Below are positions 18,920 to 26,332 of a DNA stretch of 64,000 bases, piece by piece. The translations under genes and the position numbers were made by a program. Under the pieces are notes generated by a model. That model made no database searches, was not told the origin of the DNA, and worked only from the letters and a program-made list of their open reading frames with translations. Numbering within the stretch: the stretch's first letter is position 1; the number at the start of each line of letters is the position of its first letter. Source of the stretch: an uncultured Bacteroidota bacterium (GTDB lineage Bacteria; Bacteroidota; Bacteroidia; Flavobacteriales; Flavobacteriaceae); assembly GCA_902597545.1 (NCBI GenBank), contig CACJYD010000005.1, positions 5,420 through 69,419 of the forward strand, written 5' to 3'.

Positions 18920-19711
18920 ATGAAAAAAACATTATTACTTTTTTTCCTATTTATCTTGGGATCGTGCTCTTACGAACACCCTGAGTATGAAGCTAATAAA
19001 AAATTAGCTGAAAAATGGGTTGAAACATTTGAAACTCAAAACATGGAGTTATGGGAAGAAGTTGTTTCTGAGGATGTTGTTGATGTTGCCCCGATGTACG
19101 GAATGGGTCAAATCGATTATGCAGCATCAAAGCAAATTGCAGAATTTTATGTTAACAGCTACACTGATGTTAAATTTAACAACCCAGTATGGTTACCTGG
19201 AATCGATACTCTTACAATGAAGCCAGATGGAAGTGTTAGAGCTTACGGAGTATGGACGGGAAAAAGCAAAACGACAGGAAGAACTTTCACCTTACCGTCA
19301 TATCATAATTTCGGATTTAAAGATGGTAAAATTATATCTACTGGAGAGTACTTTGATGCAACAGGTATGGTTAACGCCGTTGGTCCAGCGCAAAGAAATG
19401 TAGTTATTTTCACTGCTAAGGTTGCAAAAAAGAATATTGATAAATTTCAAGAGTTAATGGATTCGAAAGATGGTTTGACAATAACAAGAAATGCTGATGG
19501 ATGTACTCATCTTGAGGCTTTTTATAATGAAGAAAATGAAACATACTTTATTTATGAGTATTGGGATTCATATGAGCAGTATGAAACTTACCTTGACTGG
19601 AGATTCAATATAGAGGAACCTAGTTTTGTAGATAAAGTTATTCCTTTGGTAAAAGGTGGAGAGGCAGGAATGCAAGCTAATTATAACAATAAAAACTATA
19701 ATTTCTATTAA
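18920..19711 (+). CDS. lipoprotein, NTF2/SnoaL-like domain fused to a C-terminal ABM (Dabb) domain
   Basis: Lipobox LGSC. The N-terminal half has SnoaL-like motifs (WVETFETQNMELWEEVVSEDVVDV ... FGFKDGKIISTGEYFD). The C-terminal 100 aa has the ABM pattern (VVIFTAKV...HLEAFYNEENETYFIYEYWDSYEQYETYLDWR). Confidence 0.7.
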   Translation: MKKTLLLFFLFILGSCSYEHPEYEANKKLAEKWVETFETQNMELWEEVVSEDVVDVAPMYGMGQIDYAASKQIAEFYVNSYTDVKFNNPVWLPGIDTLTMKPDGSVRAYGVWTGKSKTTGRTFTLPSYHNFGFKDGKIISTGEYFDATGMVNAVGPAQRNVVIFTAKVAKKNIDKFQELMDSKDGLTITRNADGCTHLEAFYNEENETYFIYEYWDSYEQYETYLDWRFNIEEPSFVDKVIPLVKGGEAGMQANYNNKNYNFY

Positions 19712-19713
19712 TC

Positions 19714-20214
19714 ATGAAAAACTTATACTTAATTATATTAACAGCAGTCTTTTTAAGCTGCGAAACAACCACTGAAGTAAAATATGGAGGAATGTTTACT
19801 GGAGGTCAAAACTCTTATGATCTTCAACAAGGCTCCATTGAGTATGCTTCTATTATTAAAAATGTTGTTCTGGGATATGCAGATGGTAATTTTGAGGAAA
19901 TTATTGAACACTTTTCAGATTCAGTAGTCAGGATTGAACCGGGTAACAGATTTAAAGTTGCCCCTAGCATTGAAAGATGGGAAGGCTTTAGAGAAAATTT
20001 TGACTCAATCAATAGAAATTTAACTTCTGTTATGGCCGTAAAAGTTAATGATGGGATAACTTATGTGGATGCTCTCTTTAGTCAACAAGTGTTTAGAGAT
20101 TCAGAAGTTACTAGATCAAGAAACTTTGAAAGATATTGGATCAATCACGAAACAAATAAAATTGTGAATATTGCATTTGTAAGTGAAGAATATGGAGATG
20201 ATGACGAAGATTAA
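19714..20214 (+). CDS. NTF2/SnoaL-like lipoprotein, paralog 1
   Basis: 166 aa. Lipobox FLSC followed by ETTTEV. Also LGYADGNFEEIIEHFSDSVV and a C-terminal ERYWINHETNKIVNIAF. Acidic tail DDDED. Confidence 0.75.
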   Translation: MKNLYLIILTAVFLSCETTTEVKYGGMFTGGQNSYDLQQGSIEYASIIKNVVLGYADGNFEEIIEHFSDSVVRIEPGNRFKVAPSIERWEGFRENFDSINRNLTSVMAVKVNDGITYVDALFSQQVFRDSEVTRSRNFERYWINHETNKIVNIAFVSEEYGDDDED

Positions 20215-20226
20215 ATTATAAATTAT

Positions 20227-20730
20227 ATGAAAAAATTACTATTATTATTTTTAACTATTTCTTTTATTGGTTGTGAGACTAAAACTATAGAAGTTCCTGT
20301 TAAGGGTGGTGAAATTATGCTTGGCAAAAATAAAGGAAGTAAATTTTACATTGCACCAGACGAAAATGTTGATGTTGTAAAAAAACTCTTAAAATCATGG
20401 AATAATATGGACCCTGAAGGAATGTTTGAAGTTTTAGAGGATACCATCACATGGTGGGTTGCTACTGAAAAAAAACCTATTAAAGCTGATAAAGAATTTA
20501 TTAAAGAATATTTGAAATCTTATGATTCAATAAGCCAGGTTGTTCAGGGTTACATACCTCATCAATGGGAAGGACAACAGCATGTAGTTGTTTCAGTTGC
20601 ATCTAGAGAAAAAAAATATAAAAAAGATGGAACCTTTGAAGATGATAGATTATTTGAAAGGTTTTTTGTAAGAGACGGAAAAATATTTCAAGTACAAGCG
20701 TGGAGTGCAGACTGGTACACAAATGATTAA
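20227..20730 (+). CDS. NTF2/SnoaL-like lipoprotein, paralog 2
   Basis: 167 aa. Lipobox FIGC followed by ETKTIEV. C-terminal ERFFVRDGKIFQVQAW. Confidence 0.75.
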   Translation: MKKLLLLFLTISFIGCETKTIEVPVKGGEIMLGKNKGSKFYIAPDENVDVVKKLLKSWNNMDPEGMFEVLEDTITWWVATEKKPIKADKEFIKEYLKSYDSISQVVQGYIPHQWEGQQHVVVSVASREKKYKKDGTFEDDRLFERFFVRDGKIFQVQAWSADWYTND

Positions 20731-20751
20731 TTAAAATTTAAATTATAAACT

Positions 20752-21258
20752 ATGAAGAAAATTATAATATTAATTGTTTTCACTGCTTTCATGAGTTGTG
20801 AAACAAAAACAGTTGAAGTTGTAAAACCTGCTGGTGAGTGGCTTATGGGAAATTTTGAGGGAGATAAAATGATTCCTGGTCCTGATGAAGATGCTCAAGT
20901 TGCTATGGATGTGATTATGGGCTATGCTAATAAGGACTTTGAATTAATGATGGAGAGATCTGCAGATACAGTTATGTTTTTTCCTGAAAAGGGTGGAGAG
21001 CTTGTTCAGCTTGTAAAACCATTTGATGATTTTGTAGAATCTTTGCAAGAACCTTATGATTCTATTGTAAGAACTCCGTATAATGTTTATCCTTTACGAC
21101 CAGAAAGTTCTGATAATTTTACGATTGTAACTGTGCCTTTCACGGAAGTTAGATATGCCAAAGATGGCTCAGTTGAGAAGGAAAGAATTATAGAAAGATT
21201 TTGGGTTGTTGATGGTAAGGTAGTAAGAGTCAACAAATGGGCCGCTGAATTAAATTAA
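20752..21258 (+). CDS. NTF2/SnoaL-like lipoprotein, paralog 3
   Basis: 168 aa. Lipobox FMSC followed by ETKTVEV. Also MGYANKDFELMMERSADTVMFF and ERFWVVDGKVVRVNKW. Confidence 0.78.
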   Translation: MKKIIILIVFTAFMSCETKTVEVVKPAGEWLMGNFEGDKMIPGPDEDAQVAMDVIMGYANKDFELMMERSADTVMFFPEKGGELVQLVKPFDDFVESLQEPYDSIVRTPYNVYPLRPESSDNFTIVTVPFTEVRYAKDGSVEKERIIERFWVVDGKVVRVNKWAAELN

Positions 21259-21274
21259 ATTTAAACTATAGACT

Positions 21275-21775
21275 ATGAAAAAAATACTATTATTTATTAC
21301 TTTTTTAGCTTTAATAAGCTGTGAAACAAAAACTGTAGAAGTGGAAAAGTCAGCGGGTATGACGTACTATGGTGCAAACGAGGGTAAAAAATTTCAGTTT
21401 GGTTCAGATGAAATTGCTCAATTGGCAGTAGATGCTATTTTAGCTTATGCAGATGGTAATTTTGATTTTATGAATGAGATTTCTGCAGATACCGTTATGT
21501 TTTTTGAACCCTCAATGGGTAAACCAATAGCAGTAGTTAATCCTGCTAATGAATTCTTAACTCAAATTCAGTCGCCTTATGATTCAATTACAAGGTATAT
21601 ATTCAATGCTATTCCTTTGAAGAGAGAGGGTGATAATTATGAAACCGTAACTGTTTCCTTCAGAGAAAATAGATACAAAGATGGTGAAGTTGAAAAACTA
21701 AGAGTAGTTGATAAAATATGGTTCAGAGATGGTAAGTTTTTTAGAGTTAATCAATGGAATGGAATTATTGATTAA
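21275..21775 (+). CDS. NTF2/SnoaL-like lipoprotein, paralog 4
   Basis: 166 aa. Lipobox LISC followed by ETKTVEV. Also LAYADGNFDFMNEISADTVMFF and DKIWFRDGKFFRVNQW. Roughly 40% identical to paralog 3 by eye. Confidence 0.78.
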   Translation: MKKILLFITFLALISCETKTVEVEKSAGMTYYGANEGKKFQFGSDEIAQLAVDAILAYADGNFDFMNEISADTVMFFEPSMGKPIAVVNPANEFLTQIQSPYDSITRYIFNAIPLKREGDNYETVTVSFRENRYKDGEVEKLRVVDKIWFRDGKFFRVNQWNGIID

Positions 21776-21795
21776 ATTTGAAAAAATTTACAACT

Positions 21796-22326
21796 ATGAA
21801 AAAAATATTTATAATTACATTTTTAACAATTTTCACATTTGCATGTGAATCACCTGCTCCTGCTGAAAAGGAAGCTGAGAGAGCCCCTGGATTTTTAAGA
21901 ACACCTGATGGAGATGTCGCTGCCGATGATGCCAATCCTGAAAATCTAGATTTGTGGGATAAATATATTGAAGCTCACAACAATAGAGATCTTGATGCAA
22001 TTGCGTCTATGAACATTGACTCAACTCAGCAAATGGGAAGTTTTAAAATTATTGGCCCTGACGGATCTTTAATTGAAGGAACTGATACTCATATTGAATT
22101 TCTAAAAGGTTGGTTCGAAGCTGAAAATCCTACTTGGAATACATTTTTCTCGTACACAATGAAGGTTGAAAATCAGCCTGGAGAATGGGTTATTTCAGGC
22201 GCTCAAGTAAAAAAGACTGTCGATGGAGAAGAAGTCACATCATATGATGTTATCGATGCTTATATTGAAGAAGGAAAGATAGGTGCTTTTTGGGTATACA
22301 CTAGAGCTGAAGGTTCACAAGAATAA
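21796..22326 (+). CDS. NTF2/SnoaL-like lipoprotein, divergent paralog 5
   Basis: The ATG at 21796 (the listed TTG start at 21778 is also possible) gives MKKIFIITFLTIFTFAC. Also YIEAHNNRDLDAIASM and a C-terminal DAYIEEGKIGAFWVY. Confidence 0.72.
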   Translation: MKKIFIITFLTIFTFACESPAPAEKEAERAPGFLRTPDGDVAADDANPENLDLWDKYIEAHNNRDLDAIASMNIDSTQQMGSFKIIGPDGSLIEGTDTHIEFLKGWFEAENPTWNTFFSYTMKVENQPGEWVISGAQVKKTVDGEEVTSYDVIDAYIEEGKIGAFWVYTRAEGSQE

Positions 22327-22346
22327 TTATAATTCTAAATCATTTA

Positions 22347-22376
22347 AAGGGAGTTGTTTTAACTCCCTTTTTTTTT
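22347..22376 (+). terminator. rho-independent terminator closing the eight-gene operon
   Basis: GGGAGTT (22349-22355), loop GTTTT, AACTCCC (22361-22367), followed by a run of nine T. Confidence 0.85.
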
Positions 22377-22389
22377 GTAATTTTTTAAA

Positions 22390-22530
22390 ATGAATAGAAA
22401 AAGTACAATTGATGAATTTTTAGATTATATAGAAAATCGTATTGAAAAGGGAGACTATAAAAATTCTGTTCATAAAATAACTTTTATGACCACAGTTCAT
22501 GTAATCAAAAAAATTTTAGGAGAAAAATAA
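22390..22530 (+). CDS. possible 46-codon small ORF immediately upstream of the GH3 gene
   Basis: ATG at 22390 and TAA at 22528-22530, 3 nt before the GH3 ATG. It is below the ORF-track length cut-off. The translation is MNRKSTIDEFLDYIENRIEKGDYKNSVHKITFMTTVHVIKKILGEK, which looks helical. No family recognised. Confidence 0.25.
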   Translation: MNRKSTIDEFLDYIENRIEKGDYKNSVHKITFMTTVHVIKKILGEK

Positions 22531-22533
22531 ATT

Positions 22534-24843
22534 ATGAAAAAAATTATTTTATTAATTATTGTATTAACTCTAGGTTCATGCAACAAGAATGAAGTAAAGT
22601 ATGTAAACAAAGAATATTCAATTGAAGTTAGACTAGATGATTTAATGTCAAGAATGACTCTTGAGGAAAAAGTTGCTCAAATGACACAATTTGTGGGGTT
22701 AAATTACATCACTGATGCGGACAGAAACATGACCGCAGAAGAAATTTTAAATAGCGACAGTAGAGCATCATATAGAGGATTATTAAAAAAGGATATTGCT
22801 CAAATGGTTGCAGATGGTAAAATAGGTTCATTTTTACATGTTTTAACAATGAGGGAAGCTAACAGACTTCAAGAATTAGCTCAAAAATCCAGACTAAAAA
22901 TACCTCTATTAATAGGCATTGATGCAATACATGGAAATGGAATGGTAGCAGGAACAACAGTCTATCCCTCACCAATATCATTGGCATCTACATTTAATGA
23001 AAATATTGTTTTTAAAATTGGTCAAGAAACTGCAAAAGAAGTTAGAGCACATGGATCTCATTGGGCATTTACACCTAATGTTGATGTATTAAGAGATCCA
23101 AGATGGGGTAGAGTTGGTGAAACGTTTGGTGAAGATCCTTATCTAGTTGGAAATTTTGGTGTTCAAATGATAAAAGGTTTACAATCAGACGACTTTAGTG
23201 GTTTTGATAATGTAATAGCATGTGCTAAACATTTTGTAGCTGGTTCTGAACCAGTCAATGGATTAAATGTATCCCCAATGGATATTTCTGAAAGGTCACT
23301 CAGAGAAATTTATTTAAAGCCTTTTAAAAGAGCTGTTGATGCTGGTGTCTATTCCGTTATGGCTGCTCATAATGAAATAAATGGAATTCCAGCTCATATG
23401 CATAAAGTGCTCCTCACAGATGTTATGAGAAATGAATTTGACTTTGAAGGGTTTTATGTTAGTGATTGGCTTGACATAAACCGAATAAATGTCCTACATA
23501 AAATTGCCAAGGATTTTAAGGAAGCAATTTATTATGCAGTTGACGCAGGAATGGATATGAATATGCATGGTCCAAACTTTTTAGAAAATGTTATTGAACT
23601 AGTTGAGGATGGAAAACTTGACATTAAAAGAATTGATGAATCTGCAAGAAAAATTTTATATGCTAAATTTAAATTAGGTCTTTTTGAGAATCCATTTGTT
23701 AGTCCTGATGACCTAGATGAAAACGTCTTCACTGAAGAACACAAAAGTACTGCTCTTGATGCCGCAAGAAAGTCTATAGTGTTATTAAAAAATGATGGAA
23801 TTCTCCCATTGAGTAAAAAAAGAGGAAAAAAAATATTGGTTACGGGTCCAAACTCTAATAATCACTCAGTTTTAGGTGATTGGGTTTTTGCTCAACCTGA
23901 GGATAATGTAATAACCATTTATGAGGGAATTAAAAAACTTGGGGATTCAAAAGGTTACCAGATTGATTTTCATGATTCGAATAGTGATATTAGATCTATT
24001 TCACAAAGTGATATAATTAAAACTGTAAACAAGGCTAAGAATTATGATCAAATCATTGTAGTAGTTGGAGATAACTCACAAAGAATATTAAAATCAAAAA
24101 GAACTGCAGGTGAAAATATGGGCAGAGCAAATCTAAATTTGGCAGGAAAGCAACTCGAGTTGGTACAAAGATTAAAGAAAATCAATAAAAATGTAATCGT
24201 GATATATGTAAATGGTAAACCAATCGCAGAGCCTTGGATTGACAATAATATTAGTGGCGTAATTGAGTCATGGGAATTAGGTAGTATGGCTGGACAGGCA
24301 GTAGCAGAAGTTGTTTTTGGTGATGTTAATCCTGGGGGTAAACTTCCTTTAACATTTCCAAGGAGTGTTGGTCAGTTACAAATGATATATAACCATAAAC
24401 CTTCTCAATATTTTCATAAATACGCTTTTGAAAAAGTAACACCTTTGTATCCTTTTGGTCATGGGCTGAGTTATTCAAAATTTAATTATTCAAATTTTGA
24501 GCTATCAAAAGATGATAATGAGGATTTGATTAACTTAAGTGTAGAAATTAAAAATGATAGTAATATTGCAGGTGATGAAGTAGTTCAACTTTACTTTAAT
24601 GATAGTTTTAGTTCAGTTACCAGACCTGTAAAAGAATTAGTTTCATATGAAAGAGTTTTCATAGAACCAGGTGAAACGAAGACTGTCAAATTAAAGGTTC
24701 CTATTGAAAATTTAGCATTTTATGATATTAACATGGTTTATTGTGTTGAAGAAGGAGAATTTGAATTTATGGTTGGTGGTTCTTCAGATTCAAAATTTCA
24801 TTTAAAAAAGTCAATTAAAATCGAAAATAGGTATGAATTTTAA
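22534..24843 (+). CDS. glycoside hydrolase family 3 lipoprotein (BglX-like beta-glucosidase / exo-glycosidase)
   Basis: 769 aa. Lipobox LGSC. GH3 motifs are GIDAIHGN, KHFVAGSEP and nucleophile region GFYVSDWLD. A C-terminal Fn3-like domain carries VVQLYFND. Confidence 0.9.
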   Translation: MKKIILLIIVLTLGSCNKNEVKYVNKEYSIEVRLDDLMSRMTLEEKVAQMTQFVGLNYITDADRNMTAEEILNSDSRASYRGLLKKDIAQMVADGKIGSFLHVLTMREANRLQELAQKSRLKIPLLIGIDAIHGNGMVAGTTVYPSPISLASTFNENIVFKIGQETAKEVRAHGSHWAFTPNVDVLRDPRWGRVGETFGEDPYLVGNFGVQMIKGLQSDDFSGFDNVIACAKHFVAGSEPVNGLNVSPMDISERSLREIYLKPFKRAVDAGVYSVMAAHNEINGIPAHMHKVLLTDVMRNEFDFEGFYVSDWLDINRINVLHKIAKDFKEAIYYAVDAGMDMNMHGPNFLENVIELVEDGKLDIKRIDESARKILYAKFKLGLFENPFVSPDDLDENVFTEEHKSTALDAARKSIVLLKNDGILPLSKKRGKKILVTGPNSNNHSVLGDWVFAQPEDNVITIYEGIKKLGDSKGYQIDFHDSNSDIRSISQSDIIKTVNKAKNYDQIIVVVGDNSQRILKSKRTAGENMGRANLNLAGKQLELVQRLKKINKNVIVIYVNGKPIAEPWIDNNISGVIESWELGSMAGQAVAEVVFGDVNPGGKLPLTFPRSVGQLQMIYNHKPSQYFHKYAFEKVTPLYPFGHGLSYSKFNYSNFELSKDDNEDLINLSVEIKNDSNIAGDEVVQLYFNDSFSSVTRPVKELVSYERVFIEPGETKTVKLKVPIENLAFYDINMVYCVEEGEFEFMVGGSSDSKFHLKKSIKIENRYEF

Positions 24844-25918
24844 ATTATATATAATCATCTTTTCAGTTTTTATCTCTTGTAATAACATTACAAATAATGA
24901 GGTAAATCCAAAAGTTATTGCCTACTACACTGGTAATGGAGAAACTATAAATGAATTTGATTTGATTGGTGTGGATCAAATTATATATAGTTTTTTACAT
25001 CTTAAAGGAAATGAATTAGCTATTGATAATGCAGCTGATAGTATTAGTTTGTTAGGTATTGTTGATCAGAAAAAAAAGTATCCAAACCTGAAAGTCTTGG
25101 TTTCACTTGGTGGATGGGGTGGATGTAAGACCTGTTCGGATGTATTTAATACTAAGGAAGGAAGAATTGATTTTGCAAAGTCTACTGCTAAAATAATTGA
25201 AGAATATAATGCAGATGGAATTGATTTAGATTGGGAATATCCTGCAATTCCAGGACCTCCAGGTCATGCTTTTAGAGATGAGGATAGAGATAATTTCACT
25301 GATTTAATTAAGCTACTTAGAGAATATATGAAACCAGATGACATTCTTAGCTTTGCTGCAGGTGGATTTAAAAGTTTTATTGATAAATCAGTCGACTGGG
25401 ATCAAGTTACACCACTTATTGATAATGTTAATCTTATGACTTATGATTTAATAGGTGGTTATTCAAAAGTAACTGGACATCATACTTCGCTTTACTCTAC
25501 CGAAAACCAAGAAAGATCAGGTGATTATGCTATACAATATTTAAAATCTAAAGGAGTTCCAGCAAACAAAATTGTACTAGGTGCAGCATTTTATGGAAGA
25601 ATTTATAAAGATGTTGCTAATGTTAATAATGGATTGTATCAAGCAGCAAATTTTAAAGGAGGAGTAAATCAAAATAACTTCAATGAAGTGACAAAAGATT
25701 TTGAGTTTTTTTGGGATGAAACTGCAAAAGCTCCATATGCATACGACAAAGAAAATCGGCTTTTCCTTACGTATGACAATCAAAAATCTATCGAACTAAA
25801 ATCAAAATATGTTAAAGACAACAATCTGCATGGAATAATGTTTTGGCAATTAATGAATGATAAAAAGAAAGATGGTTTGTTGAAGACTATGGTTGATGAA
25901 ATAAAGGCAATTCAATAG
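24833..25918 (+). CDS. glycoside hydrolase family 18 lipoprotein (chitinase / endo-beta-N-acetylglucosaminidase-like)
   Basis: 361 aa. Lipobox FISC. Intact GH18 catalytic motif DGIDLDWEYP, plus MTYDL and MFWQL. Overlaps the GH3 gene by 11 nt. Confidence 0.88.
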   Translation: MNFKLYIIIFSVFISCNNITNNEVNPKVIAYYTGNGETINEFDLIGVDQIIYSFLHLKGNELAIDNAADSISLLGIVDQKKKYPNLKVLVSLGGWGGCKTCSDVFNTKEGRIDFAKSTAKIIEEYNADGIDLDWEYPAIPGPPGHAFRDEDRDNFTDLIKLLREYMKPDDILSFAAGGFKSFIDKSVDWDQVTPLIDNVNLMTYDLIGGYSKVTGHHTSLYSTENQERSGDYAIQYLKSKGVPANKIVLGAAFYGRIYKDVANVNNGLYQAANFKGGVNQNNFNEVTKDFEFFWDETAKAPYAYDKENRLFLTYDNQKSIELKSKYVKDNNLHGIMFWQLMNDKKKDGLLKTMVDEIKAIQ

Positions 25919-25978
25919 TTTTTCTCTTTTAAAATAACTGAAAATCAGCAATTTAAAAAAAAATTGTAAATTAACTAA

Positions 25979-26332
25979 GTGAGAAAGTTTACATTAATTT
26001 TTATTTTAATCCTCTTTTCATGTAGCAAAAACTCAGATGAAGTTACTTCTCCAGAATTACCAGATCCATACGTTCCTGTCAAGTTTGCTTCTTTTCAATA
26101 CTCAATGGGTGGTGTTTATGGTGGGTTAGTTAGATATACTCATAAAGATTATAGTTCTGGAAGTCATAATTACTGTACTTGCTCAGCTTGTAACAACTCA
26201 TTCAACACTGTTGATGAATTATACTATAACAAAAATAATGGAACCGTTAAGTTTAAAAATAATACAGACAGTGTGTATACTTACAGAAAGTTTGATTCAT
26301 CATGGACTTGTAGAAGATATGAAGAAATTTAA
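25979..26332 (+). CDS. small lipoprotein, unknown function
   Basis: GTG start. MRKFTLIFILILFSC lipobox. 117 aa with 4 additional Cys. Confidence 0.55.
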   Translation: MRKFTLIFILILFSCSKNSDEVTSPELPDPYVPVKFASFQYSMGGVYGGLVRYTHKDYSSGSHNYCTCSACNNSFNTVDELYYNKNNGTVKFKNNTDSVYTYRKFDSSWTCRRYEEI

